The position numbers and the translations under genes are program-made. DNA of 64,000 bases from Mobula hypostoma (taxonomy: Eukaryota). Under the pieces are notes generated by a model. It was not told where the DNA came from. It made no database searches and worked only from the letters and a program-made list of their open reading frames with translations. This document shows positions 13,818 to 26,769 of this stretch, piece after piece. The stretch lies in NCBI RefSeq assembly GCF_963921235.1, contig NC_086109.1:23314001-23378000 (forward strand), read 5' to 3'. The first letter of the stretch is position 1. Each line of letters starts with the position of its first letter.

Positions 13818-14192
13818 GTTCATCATCACAATGGTCATTATATGCCATGTCATATGACATAGGTGACCATGATTGTTCTTGGCAAATTCTTCTATCGAAA
13901 GTGGTTTGCCATTGCCTTTTGCTGGGCAGTGTCTTTTCAAGACAGGTGTCCCTAACCATTATCAATGCTCTTTCAGAGATTGTCTGCCTGGTGTCAGTGA
14001 TCGTATAACCACGACTTGTGATACGCACCAGCTGCTCATACAACCCTCCACCACCATTGCTTCACGCGACCCTGATTGGGGGGGGGGGCTCAGCAGGTGC
14101 TATACCATGCCCAAAGATGACCTGCAGGGCAGTGGATGTAAGGAGGGCCTTACATCTCCTTTGGTAACGACGCATCTCCACCCCGCCACCCA
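13818..14192 (-). mobile_element. Non-autonomous RTE-associated short element; a 3' fragment of the same family lies at 28547-28671 (+)
   Basis: aaggcaatggcaaaccactt...ttgccaag motif (as recalled for BovB/Sauria-type elements) and an (ATG)n-like tail; two copies in the window. Confidence 0.55.
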
Positions 14193-14694
14193 AAACTTGG
14201 ATTACTCTATTAAAAAGAAAGGAAAGATGCTATACACTTGGCATGTCCCAGGGTACTTCAAACATATGATTTTTTTTGTGTAGTCACTGTTGTTTCATTG
14301 AAAAATATGGAACCATTTGTGTTTATTAAGCTGCCATCAATAGCCCTGGGCTAAATATATTGCATATTTGTTTTCGATAAATGTTGTCCAGAATGATGTG
14401 AACTTTGTTGCTGTTCGTCAAGGTTTCAATGCCCCTGGGAGAAAAGAGGAGGCATTGGTTTAAGGCCATTTCTGCAAGATGACATCACAGACTATGCTTC
14501 ATTTAACATATTCTATGTGCTGCCAGTCCAGTTTATAATGTTACGTCTCTGTGCTGTGACTTGAATCCCTGACCTTCTATTCAGGGGTGAGATCATTACC
14601 ATTTTTCTAAAACACCTCATCAGTTGACAGTTTAATGCCCATTCTTCTTGTGTGAACCAACGTGCAGTTTCTGCTGACACCCTCTTCATCCTTT

Positions 14695-15840
14695 GTGCAG
14701 GCATCACAGCCAAATCCTTTGTGCTTATGTGAGAATGCTGTTCTTGGACCACAGTTCAGCATTCAACACCATAGTTCCATCCAGGCTCGACAAGAAGCTC
14801 AGAGATCTTGGCCTTGACCCTGCCTTGTGCAGCTGGATCCTGGACTTACTGTCAGATCATCAGCAGGTGGTAAGAGTGGGCTCCCTCACCTCTAACACTC
14901 TGACTCCAAATACAGGAGCCCCTCAGGGGTGTGTACTGAGTCCCCTTCTTTTCTCCCTGTATACCTAGGACTGTGTTGCCCCCCCCCCGTCCCCCCCACA
15001 GCTCTAATCTGCTGGTTAAATTTGCTGACGACAGTACATTGATTGGCCTTATCTCAAACAATAACAAGGTGGCCTACAAGGAAGAAGTCATCTCTCTGAC
15101 ACAGTGGTGTCAAGAAAACAATATCTCCCTCAATATCGCAAAAACAAAGGAGCTGGTTGTGGATTTCAGGAGGAATGGAGACGGGCTAACCCCTATGGAC
15201 ATCAGTGGATCTGGAGTTGAGAGGGTAAACAGCTTCAAGGTCTCCACATCACCAAGGACCTCACATGGTCTGTACACAACAGCTGTGTGTGAAAAAGGCA
15301 AAACAGCACCTCTTTCACCTCAGATTGTTAAGGAAGTTTGGTATGGGCCCCCAAGTCCTAAGAACTTTCTACAGGGGCACAATTGAGAGCATCCTGACTG
15401 GCTGCATCACTGCCTGGTATGGGAACTGTACCTCCCTTAATTGCAGGAATCTGCAGAGAGTGGTGCGGACAGCCCAGCATATCTGTAGTTGTGAACTTCC
15501 CATGATTCAGGACATTTACAAGGACAGCTAAGGGGATGTAGGATCATTGGGGACCCAAGTCATCCTAACCACAATCTATTCCAGCTGCTACCATCCGGGA
15601 AGCGGTACCGTAGCGTAAAAGCCAGGACCAACAGGCTCTAGGACAGCTTCTTCCACCGGGCTATCAGACTGATGAACTCACGCTGATTTGAGTGTAATAT
15701 TACATTGACTGTTCTATTTATTATAAATTATTATAAATTACTATGATTGCACATGGCACATTTAGATGGAGACGTAACATAAAGATTTTTACTCCTCATG
15801 CATGTGAAGGACGTAAAAAATAAAGTCAATTCAATTCAAC
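14695..15840 (+). mobile_element. 5'-truncated Rex1/Babar LINE (disrupted RT plus 3' UTR)
   Basis: [47 protein letters not shown]; ends aataaagtcaattcaattcaa. Confidence 0.9.
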
Positions 15841-15914
15841 TACTGCCCATAAACATGGCAGCATTAGACAGAGTCATTCAGCAGAGAAAAATTCCTTTCA
15901 ACCCATCAATGCTT

Positions 15915-16485
15915 CATCAGGAAGCCAAAGAAATCTGGCATGTCCCCATCAATTTTTATCCATGCACCGCAAAAAGCATCCAATCTGGATGCATCACAGC
16001 TTAGTATGGAAACTGCTCCTCCTGTGACTGTTTTGGACATGGCTCAACTCATTATGGAAACCTGCCTCCCCTCCACGGACAGTGTTCACACTTCTCACTG
16101 TCTCAGTAAAGCAGCCAGCACAATCAAAGATCTCACTCACCCCAGACATTCTCTCCTGTCTCCTCTTCCACTGGGCAGAAAATACAAAAGCTCCAATATC
16201 ATGTACCACCATGCTCAAAGATAGCTTCTACCTTGCTGTTGCAAGACTAGTAAATGGTTTCCTACAATGATAAGATGGACCCTTGACCTCATTTTGATCT
16301 TGCATGTTATTGTCAACCTGCACTGCATTTCCTCGGTAGATGTTACACTTTATTCCACATTCTGTTGCTGTTTTACCTCATTCTACCTCAACACACTGTA
16401 CAATGAATTAATCTGTATGAGCAGTGTGAAACAGAAGCTCCTTACTGTACCTCAGTTCATGTGACAATAATAAAGCAATTCCAAT
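15915..16485 (+). mobile_element. Rex1-type LINE 3' fragment
   Basis: KAASTIKDLTHPRHSLLSPLPLGRKY, then 3' UTR with aataataaa. Confidence 0.75.
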
Positions 16486-18463
16486 ACTACATTCATACTG
16501 ACCATTTTGTCCATCAGCAGTAATCCTATTTTCCTGTATTAGGACTGTATATTTCAATGCCCTGCTTTCTTAAGTGCCTATCTTGATATCTCTTAAAAGT
16601 TCTGATTGTGTCTGATTTGATCATCTCCCCAAGCAGTGAGTTTCAGATACCAACCACTCTCTGTGTAAAAAAATATTTCCCCTCAAATTCATCCTCTCAC
16701 CTTAAGCTTAGCCCTCTTAGTTTAGATAGCCAACTATGAGAAAAAAGTATTCTATTTACCCTGTATATGTCACCTGTAATTTGATTTATTTCTATCGGGA
16801 TACCCATCAGCCTCCTTTACTCTGTGGAAAACAAGCCCAGTATATCCAATCTCAAAGTTTTAAAGTTAAAAGTACATTTATTATCAAAGTATGTATGCAT
16901 TATGCAAACTTGACATTCATCTCCTTACAGCCAATCACAAAACAAGAAATCCAAAAGGACCCATTAAAAGAACACCAACAGATGCCCAATATGTAGAGAG
17001 AGAGAGAGAGAGAAAAAAAAACTGGAATTATGCAAACAATAAAAGCAAGCAACAGCATTCAGAATGAAGGTGAGTGCATGGACACCGTCTCAACCATATC
17101 TCAACCTCGCTCAAACCACTGCTCCACAAACATCCCTCAACCTCGCTCTGACTTTGCATCGCACCCGCAAATCTTGGCCCTCGAGTCAGACTCCCCTTCG
17201 CTCACCTCTTCATTGTTTGTAGTGATTGTTTCCCATAATTTTTCTTTACATGCATACAATATAACTTAAGTCTTTCAATCTAGGCAACATCCTGGTGAAT
17301 CTCCTCTGCACTCTCTCTGGCACACAACAATTTCAATTTTTATATTCTTTCTTCACCGTCCTATCTACTAAGTGAGGGAACTATGGGAATTGAACCTCAA
17401 GGCCCCTACATCTTCAATCAACACTCCTTGTGCCCTACCATTTACTTCATGTTCCACCTGTCTGACTTTTCAGAGTGCGTTTCTTCACACTTGTCAAAAT
17501 TAAATTCCATCTGTCAATGTTTTTCACTTACTGATTTCTATGTTATGTGTGTTTGGAATAGCTATATCTATTATGTAATTTGTTCTTGCTTGCTTATCCT
17601 GTAATATTATATCTGGACAGTTACTATGGATTATCCTACCTGTAATAATAGATCAATCGTAGTGTAATTTGTAGAGCTCTCACTCTAAAACTGGATCAGG
17701 CTTGTACTTCTAGTAAGGTAAGGTGTCTTTTACGCATTTATACTTTGAAGCATACAAATCTGGAGGTTGTGAAAAATGGTATAGAAAGACATCATTTCTT
17801 ACCTCTAGCCTGAGACACTAGAAAGGGAGAACCATTGTCTCAGGTTAAATATTTGGCTACTTAGGACATGGATAAGAAGAAACTTCTGTACACAGAGAGT
17901 TGCAAATGTTTAAAATCCAATGTTAAGCGGCCATATATGTTCAATTAAGTACATACATAGCTGAGTGTGACAAACTGTTGACCAGGAGAATCAGGGGATG
18001 CAAAGATCAGATGAAAAAATTGATCTGAGATAAGGGGTCAGCCGTGGCTTTGTTCAATACTGGAGAAGGCTTAAGGGTTCTTTAGGTTGACATATGGGTT
18101 TTCTTATGTTCTTGTGATCAGTTGAATGAAGAGAATATAAAACTTTGAACATAGATCAATACGGTACAGCAAAGGCCCTTTGGCACATGATGTTGTACTG
18201 ACCTGTTTAAACCTAGTCCATGATCAATCCAACCCTATCCTCCTACACAGCTCATAACCTTCCAGTTTTCTTACATTTATGTGCCTCTAAGAGTCTTTTA
18301 AATGTCCCTATTGTATCTGCCACAACCACAACCCTAGCAGTGCATTGCAGACACCATTGCCCTCTGTGTAAACAAATCATACCCATGACATCTCTGATTA
18401 ACTTTCATCCACTCTGGTTTGTTGGAGACACAAGAGATTCTTCAAGTGCTGGAAATCTTTAGC

Positions 18464-18464
<1 letters not shown>

Positions 18465-18509
<45 letters not shown>

Positions 18510-18513
18510 CACG

Positions 18514-18576
<63 letters not shown>
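18465..18576. repeat. (CA)n microsatellite with short CG interruption
   Basis: Seen directly. Confidence 0.97.
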
Positions 18577-18579
<3 letters not shown>

Positions 18580-19179
18580 GTACCTCTGACATCTCCCCTA
18601 AACGTTCCTCCATTGACCTAAACTGATGTCCTTTGATACTGAAGATGTGAGGCTAATCAAAACTAGATGCATCAGTATATAAAACAGTTACTATTAGTTG
18701 AAAAGGGAGTTCAAAATCAGCCTCTTTAAGTGTAGAGAGAATATGGAACTTACTTCCTGCTGTATCTAAAAGAGTTATTGAGATAAATAGCCAGCACACA
18801 TCTAAGAGAAAGCTAGATAAATGAGAAAGAGAAGAATAAGAGAATGTATTGATAAGTTTAAATAAAGAACAGGTGAGGACGCTTGAGTGAAACAAAGATC
18901 AATTGAGACAAATAGCCTACATCTGTGCTGTAAAGATGTAATGTCATGCAATATGTTGAACCATGGAAATTTAAATCACATAAGGAGGCCATTTCACCAT
19001 CATGTTTGTGCCAGTTGAAATAAAAAGCTATTCAACTAAATCCAACTTTCCAGTTCTTGCTTTGTAGGCTGAAGCTTTTCAAATGTTGTTCCAAGTACAT
19101 TAGAAATTATTTGATTGCTTCAGACCTTTGTCGCCTACTAGATAAAAAACTCGGTGCACTAGTAATGGAAATCATTTAC

Positions 19180-19830
19180 AATCAATGTTCTATCATTGGC
19201 CTCCTCCATTTCTCCCTAGAGGCCAAACACAAAATTAGAAGAATAATATTCTGCTTGGGTAGCCTACAGCCCTATGATGTGAGCACTGAGTTTTCCAGTC
19301 TCAGACACGAGGAAATCTGCAGATGCTGGAAATTCAAGCAACACACATACAAGTTGCTGGTGAACGCAGCAGGCCACGCAACATCTCTAGGAAGAGATAC
19401 GATCAACATTTCGGGTCGAGACCCTTCGTCAGGACTAACTGAAAGAAGGGCTAGTAAGAGATCTCTCTTACTAGCTCTATTTCCAGTCTCAGGTAACTTT
19501 TCCCTCCCCTCTCCCTGATCTTTTCTGACACAAGCCAAACTGTCCCCACCCAGCTTTTTTTTCTCATTTGTTTACTTTACCTATTCCCCTCTTCCCCCTG
19601 CTTCTATCTACCCATCACCTTGTTCCACCTACCACCCAGTAACTCCCGCCCCACCTCTTGCCCACATTTCCATGTACCTACTCCTCTCCTCCCAACCAGC
19701 CACCCCACCCCCTACCCAAGTCTTGATGCAGGGTCTTGACATGAAATGTTAACACACAGCTTTTGCATCCACATATGCAGCTTGACCTGTTTAATTTTGT
19801 TCCAGATTACAGTGTCTGCAATGTCTTTTG
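19180..19830. mobile_element. Nested Penelope-like fragments (minus terminus about 19303-19460 within an older plus copy)
   Basis: IIFCLGSLQP (C-terminal endonuclease region) on plus; hammerhead motif at 19401-19436 on minus. Confidence 0.75.
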
Positions 19831-20039
19831 TCTTACGATCCCCTGCTTCTTTGAAATAGTATCACTGAATCTTCTATATACATTTGAGATGGCTGCCAGG
19901 GCTTCTGTTTAATACCAGACCTAAAAGACAGCATGTTTGATAGATCAGCACTCCCTGAAGTCGGTGTCATTATGGAACAAGAGGACAAGGACAGAGGCAG
20001 ATTATAAATTATGGAGGTGCAAAAAAAAACTTGAATTCC

Positions 20040-20335
20040 TTTAGTACAACAAAACTTTTATTCAGACTCGAAAGAGATGAATCGAGTCCATTCACTCTCA
20101 TTTCACTGAAATGCTACACTGAATTCAATGTGAAACACCAAGCACTTCTCGTCTGCAGAGGTGAAGAGCTCGCAGAAGGATTTCATCACCATCCATTTCT
20201 CAGTGATACCTATCGATTTCAAAGGGGGACATATATCACATTGTCTGCGAGTGACAAGCATCATTATTCCTTCTCCTGCAGATTTATAGCAGTCTCCAAT
20301 CTCTGGGAATCTCTTTATTCAAATCAATTCTCATG
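20040..20335 (-). other. Candidate terminal exon of a minus-strand transcript
   Basis: Acceptor cttcaatactcttcccAG (AG at 20337-20336); reads c ATG AGA ATT...CTA TAA (MRIDLNKEIPRDWRLL*); AATAAA at 20062-20057 followed by GT/T-rich sequence; unique, non-TE sequence. Confidence 0.35.
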
Positions 20336-20509
20336 CTGGGAAGAGTATTGAAGTATTTCAGAGTTTCACAACAAAAAAAAATTAATTATTTATGTGTAAT
20401 TATTTCAGTCTAGTGTCTGCCGTTAAATTCTGCATGGGCTGCAGTTCAAATCCTTGACTCTGCTGTGTTTATCCTTTCAGAAGCCCATTTACAAACCCAT
20501 TGGTGACTA

Positions 20510-21200
20510 CAAACATGAGAAAGCCTGCAGATGCTGGAAATCCGAGCGACAAACACAAGGTGCTGGAGGAACTCAGCTGGCCAGGCTGCATCTATGGAAA
20601 AGAGTAAATAGTCGATGTTTTGGGCTGAGACCCTTCATCAGGACTGGGAAAAAAGATGAGGTCAGTGTAAGAAGGTGCAGGGAGGGGAGGAAGAAGTACA
20701 AGGTGGTTATATGGTAGGTGAAATGGGGGAGGGGGATGAGGAGGGTAAAGTAAAGAGCTGGGAAGTAGATTAATGAAAGAGATAAAGGACAGGAAAAGGG
20801 CGTATCTGATAGGAGAGGGTAGAAGACCATAGAAGATATAGACTGACATGTCGGAATGGGAATGGAAAGTAGAATTGAAATGGATGGCCACCAGGAGATC
20901 CCACTTGTTCTGGCGGACATGTCAGATATGTGAGTCCATGTTCTCCTCTGCTGCCGCGATGAGGCCACACTCAGAACGGAGGAGCAACACCTTGTATTCT
21001 GTCAGGTTAGCCTCCAATCTGATGGCATGAACATCGATTTCTCTAACTTCCAGTAATTTACCCTCCACCCCCCCCCCCCCGCCGTCACCATTCCAAATTC
21101 CTGGTTCCCTCTCTCACCTTATTTTCTTACCTGCCCATCACCTCCCTCTGGTGCTCCTCTCCTTTTCCTTTCTTCCATGGTCTTCTACCCTCTCCTATCA
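20510..21200. mobile_element. Penelope-like element with inverted parts (minus terminus, plus GIY-YIG C-terminus)
   Basis: Minus MAIHFNSTFHSHSDMS; plus gaggccacactcagaacggaggagcaacacctt; hammerhead motif at about 20610-20646. Confidence 0.8.
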
Positions 21201-21204
21201 CAGG

Positions 21205-22160
21205 AATCAGTACTCCACACAAGCATATGCAATTCTGATCAGAAATATACACCACTAAACTTAATTAAGACCACAACCCAGAAAAATGAAGACATTATCA
21301 CTATGGAAGTATAAGTTAACCAATGAAAGAGCATGACCCTCCATGGAAGACAGCCCCACAAGCTGAGCAGGCTAGATGTTGACAAGAAAGCATCGAACAC
21401 CTGGTTCAGAGTTGGTGACGTCTTCCCAGAAACAGAGGGGTTCCTTGTGGCAATACAGGACCGGGTGGTTAACACAATAAAATATCAAAAATACATAATA
21501 AAAGACCAACAAATTCAAGATGATAAGTGTAATGAATTCCAAGAAAAACCAGAAACAATCCTGACAGAATCCTATAGCAGTTTAACACAATCTAATTACA
21601 TATACAGGCACAATCAAGAAGCAAACATCATTCATGAAATTCTTGCTTTAAGATTCAAACTCATAAATGAAATCATACCTTACTATAAATACAAGCCTGA
21701 TGCAGTTGTAGAGTCAGAATACCACAAATTATATTATGGCTGATCAGTTATTACAGATAGGGCAATCCATAATACCTGTCCGGATCTGATAATACAGAAT
21801 AACCAAGCAAGAACAACTTATTTAATAGATAGAACCATTCCAAACACACATAACTTACAAAAATCATTAGGTGAAAAATACCAGAAATATGCTGAATGAA
21901 AAGAGGAAATTGAAAGACTTTGGAACATAAACAGGGTATATATACATTGTCCCAATAGTAATACCTACAACTGGTATCATTCCAAAGTCACTACACAATA
22001 GCATTAAACAATTAGGCCTACACAACAATATCTATGTAAATCTTCACAAAGCCGCAATCGTAAACACCACTGGAATAGCCCGAAAGTTCTGAGCAATTGA
22101 CAAGTGCTTGGCTATGCCTGTACTTCAGGGTTCATCAGCTTCAGCTGAGGAAAAATACAT
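21205..22160 (+). mobile_element. R4/Dong-clade non-LTR retrotransposon 3' fragment (decayed zinc knuckle plus RLE endonuclease)
   Basis: LHGR...FPETEGFLVAIQD...RHNQ.ANIIH...PDLII...YLID.TIP...KY.KY...IVPIV..TTGIIPK; stops and frameshift; TAA-rich sequence follows. Confidence 0.85.
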
Positions 22161-22209
22161 TTCTGCAATAATTAATTAATTAATAATACTGAGAAAATGA
22201 GTTGTAGAT

Positions 22210-22530
22210 GCTTTGAAAGTGAGCCCATGGGTTGTGGAATCTGTTCAGAGTTGAGGTGAGTGAAGTTATCATGCTAGTTCAGGAGCCTGATGGTTGAAAG
22301 GTAATAACTGTTCCTGAACCTGATGATGTGGGAAGAAAGGCTCCTGTAACTCCTTCACGATGGCAGCAACGAGAAGAGGGCATGGCCCGGACGGCGGGTT
22401 TCTTGATGACGGATGCCCCTTTCTTGTGATAGCACTCCTTGTAGAGGTTCTCAATAGTGGGAGGGCTATTCTTGTGATGGACTGGGTTGTATACATTACT
22501 TTTTGGAGGTTCTTTCTCCCTTTCTTGGCC
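22210..22530 (-). mobile_element. Rex1-type LINE 3' fragment
   Basis: RKNLQKVMYTTQSIT...; similar plus fragments at 23185-23720. Confidence 0.65.
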
Positions 22531-23063
22531 ATTAGTCTTTCAATACCAGGCTTTAAGCCTAAAAGCATATTTTATGCCTTTAAGATGGTATGTTTCCAAG
22601 ATGTTCCTTTTGTGTACTTTGAAGCAAATTCTGAACTTGGAGTACCTTATTAGGCTGCGCTGCCACACAGTGTGCAATGCAAGACTGGAGGTCTTGGCAT
22701 TTTGACTTTGAGATGAGGGTGAGAAATTGTGCTTTATTCAATCATACTAATAATTAAACTGTATTACATTTTAATGGCAATAAGAGGTTTGGGCAATCAA
22801 CTTTCTGAACCAGGTCACATTAGATCTGACTATTCTTTCATGATCAAGCAATTGGTCCCCAAATTTAGAAAATAATCCAACTATTGCGAGTAGGATATTG
22901 TTTCCTTATGGTTAACATACTGGTGAAACCATTATCCATTTGAATCCAAATACATAAAATCTAGGAGCCTTTTTTGCTGAAATTGGTGTTTTTAATGTCT
23001 GATGGCCATTTTAAAATTGCTTTTTAGTCAGGAGACAATGTCAATGGTTTGACAAAAGAATAC

Positions 23064-23117
23064 CATCCCAAATATTCCTTCTTCTTTATCCACTCAGAAA
23101 TTATTGCAACAACTCTT
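23064..23117 (-). other. Candidate 54-nt internal exon (phase 2/2)
   Basis: Acceptor cttccttcttcctgtgtAG, donor TG/GTATTC; open frame RVVAIISEWIKKKEYLG, phase-compatible with the candidate exon starting at 20335. Confidence 0.3.
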
Positions 23118-25121
23118 CTACACAGGAAGAAGGAAGTGATTATCTCTCTACAGTATTAAGTTGAAAAATTATCAAAAGAGGGTCCCGTGGCTACCATCAG
23201 GCAGGAAGTACAGAAGCCTGAAGTTCCACACCATCAGGTTCAAGAGCAGCTATTCAACTCTTGTTCTCAGGATTATTTCTATGTGCACAGTTTGATTTTT
23301 TTTGCACATTGGTTATTTGTCAGTCTTTGCCTGTTTATGTATGGGTTTTTCATAAAATTCTATTGTATTTCTTTTTGTTTGCTTGCAAGAAAATGAATCT
23401 CAAGGTAGCATATGGTATTGTAATAACAACTTTGATAATAAATTTACTTTGAACTTTGAACTTCTGTTCATCCATTCAGTTCTTGAACCAAACTGCACAA
23501 CCCTAATTACTACCTCAGTATAGCAACATTATGACCACTTTGCACTAAAATTGACTTTTTATTTGTCCTAAATGAGTTTATGTAGAATTTATGGTTAATA
23601 TATGTTATGCTTGTGAATGTCGTGTCTCTGATGCTATGTGACACTGCTGCAAGTAACTTTTTCACACATGTATTTGTGCATATGAAGTAAACTTGACTTT
23701 GACTTTAACTTTGAGATTAAGATATGACTTAATAGGTATGCTTTAAAATTAGGTGAGATTCAGAGGGAGATCTATAAAGATAGATTTAAGGTAATCAGAA
23801 ACAGGTATAGGGAATTTATTTATACAGTGGACTGTTATGAACTCAAAGGCAATGTTTAAAAGGATGGAAAAAGAAGATCAATAAAGATCTTCGACATTTC
23901 AGGCTTGCAGGGAAAGATTAGTGGTGTGAATCGTATTTATTAGGCCTTTCACAGGGACAGTGAGCAGAATTGCTTCCTTCAATACTGTAAAATGTTACGA
24001 TCTTTCAACTGCATTAATGTTTCCAAATGGTTTCTTTTGGGGAAAGGAAGAAAGTCCTGTCAGTGTCAACCTGCCTGGCATTCTGCTTTGACTTTTCGCA
24101 TTAACAAGATGTTTTCACCCACAGATTTGCCACTCACTGAATGTTTTTTTTAAACAACATTCTCTGTAAACTCTAGTTATACCTAGAAAATTCCAGGAGG
24201 TCAGCAGTTTCTGAGATACTCAAACCTCCCCACCCTACACCAACTGGGACTGGTGGCAGAGGCAGCTACCTCAGGGACATTTAAGAGAGGAACATTGATG
24301 AAATAAAATGGAGGTCTATGTGGGAGGGTAGGGTTGGATTAATTTTGGAGCAGGTAAAAGTTTGGCACAACATTGTGGGCCAAAGGACCTGTACAATGCT
24401 GTGCTGTTCAATATTCTGTGCTCTAATAATTGCTTAGTGAGACTATATTAGAACAAGTAAGTTATTGTTTTTGAAGAAATCTACAGTATGTCTTTGAATA
24501 AAAGCCTACAATCATTTCTCTGGCAATGAACCAAATATAAGCCTGTTTTTGTTGTTGTCTGGATACCAGTATGACTGGCTTTTCAGAGCAGTTGTGACTT
24601 CCTTTCCTTCCAGGTTATGTTTTCAGTGAATTGCCTGTAATCTTCCAATGGTAATTCAATGCACTGGCATCTGGCTCCTATTCCTCTGAGTAGAATAAAC
24701 TCACAAGGTGATTGGACCAAGGTGTTTAAAATGGTTCAGAGATTAAACAGAGTTGTTATGATTAAACTGTTTCCTCTGTCAGGGGAATCCTAAAACAGGA
24801 GACATAATCATTACAGCTGGGCCATTCACAAGTGAAAACAGAGATTTTATTTTCACCAAAGAAAAAGGATTGTGGATGTCTAGAAGTCTCTCATGCAAAG
24901 GGCTGCGAATGCCTGAGATCAAAGGAGCTTTTAGGACTGAGACTGATAATTATTTAGAGATGAATTGTGATCTCGGTGAAGCTGTCCCGAAATGAATGAA
25001 GTTGCAATCCATTGTATGGAATGGACTGGCTGCTCCCATGCCGTGCTCTAATTTAACTGGGCTGAATAGTCCACGAAGTGCTCTTCCTATCAAACAGATT
25101 CTAAAGATTGAACAGCCTCCC

Positions 25122-25391
25122 TGTGACTAGAAACCTAGGTGAGGACGGTTAGGACCCAAGTACTGCAGTATCCGAGACTAGAATCAAGACAATACAAGAC
25201 TGAGATGAAAACAGGGTTCTTTAACTAGATACGGGACGAGAATCCAAAATTGAGCTGACGGCTGAGCACCGATCCTGTCTGTCTGTCTGTATCTTGTTTT
25301 ACGGCGGTTGGCATCCAGCTTAATGGTGCATTACCGCCACCCTCTGCTCCAGAATGTGCACTAGACATACATTCTAAATCCCTTCACCCAA

Positions 25392-25458
<67 letters not shown>

Positions 25459-25953
25459 CAAACCTACACTTCACCCTCCCATCTTTGACCATCCTAGTAT
25501 CCTATTCCTGTTTATTCGTCATATTCTATAAAAAACCCCTGTACCCCTTAAAAACGCTAAAAATACCCGGACTTGTGCTCTCTCACCCATGCCCAGCAAC
25601 CCTTTTAATGTGAATTCCTGCATCCCCAACTCCCTTAATTTATTTCTCATCATCTCTCTCTGTATCCCATACTTCCTGCAACAGAGAACTACATGTTCTA
25701 CTGACTCCTCGTCCTGACATTCCTCACACAATCCTGTCTGGTGTTTCCCTATCATTTTCAATGTTTTGTTTAATGCAGAGCACCGAACCTCAGTTCAGGT
25801 GCTCTTTAAGTATTAAATCCTGGTGCCAGAACATGGTTGGCAATTAGCGGGGCGGGCCTGAGTCTTTAAAGGGGCCGCACCAGCCAGCCATATTCCGGAG
25901 ACTTGGAGTGTCTAAACCCCGGAAGCTGGTGCGGTCGGGTGTGTATAGTAACA
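25122..25953. mobile_element. LTR-like element (probable solo LTR) interrupted by a Nimb LINE
   Basis: TGT...ACA termini, flanks ctccc/ctcct (imperfect 5-bp TSD, or a PPT on the right). Confidence 0.55.
25273..25777 (-). mobile_element. Nimb/I-clade LINE 3' end
   Basis: CEEC-x7-H-x4-C knuckle in ORF 25519..25761; 3' motif ggtggcggtaatgcacc...gccaaccgcc; (GACA)n tail; TSD gagcaccga at 25264-25272 and 25778-25786; internal (CA)n at 25393-25450. Confidence 0.85.
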
Positions 25954-26297
25954 CTCCTCTTTGTTCCTAGTGCTTGTGTGACCATCCACAGGTGGGGTCG
26001 GACTATCAGTATAGCACCATTGGAGTTCCCACTTAGTTGGGGAACTCACTCATTGGGATCTCAGTAACACTAAGGTTACTAATGTCACAGGAACCTGAGT
26101 GCAAGTTTCAAGTCTCAGTCCTCCCATTTATCGATTCTCATTCATATTTAAACTTTCTTTCAGTTATTACATTTTCAAATTTATACTTCTCTATTAATTT
26201 ATCAAGATTAAAACAAGCAATCACTCCATCACTTTTGCGTGTTTTCTTAAAACTTACACAGCCAGAAATTAGATTCAAATGCTCATAACATAAACCA

Positions 26298-26740
26298 TAA
26301 ACACAAGAGATTCTGCAGGTGCTTGAATTTTCGAGAAACATACAACTCGCCGGAGGAAGTCAGCAAATGGGCAGTATCAATGGAGGAGAATAAAGGGCTG
26401 AGACACTTCATCAGGACTGAAAAAGGAGGGAGAATATGCCAAGATAAGGAGGTGGGGGGACAGCGAGGAGTATAAGCTGGCAGGTGATAGGTGCGACCAA
26501 ATGAGGGGAGATCTGAGTGGTCGGAGGTAATGGGCAATGAAGTTGGCAGCTAGGAGGGGATAGGTGAAAGAGGGTTGAAGAAGAAGGAATCTAAGCGGAG
26601 AGGATAATGGACCATGGAAAAAGGGAAGGAGGCAGGGAAAGGGAAGATGAGGGGTGAGAGGATAACCAGAATGAGAATGGAAAAAGAGAGAAGGAGGGAT
26701 GGGAGAAAATTACATTAGATAAACTAATATGTTCATAGTC
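26298..26740 (-). mobile_element. Older Penelope-like terminal fragment
   Basis: Same tail and a partial hammerhead motif (cagtcctgatgaagtgtctcagccc). Confidence 0.7.
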
Positions 26741-26769
26741 ATCGAGTAAAACAGCATGGAAAAAGCCTC

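Noticed and set aside
24614..24650. Plus-strand exon-like signals (ccttccAG ... ATG/GTAATT)
   Set aside because: No compatible neighbouring plus exons found; it overlaps the minus candidate, and neither can be settled without RNA data.
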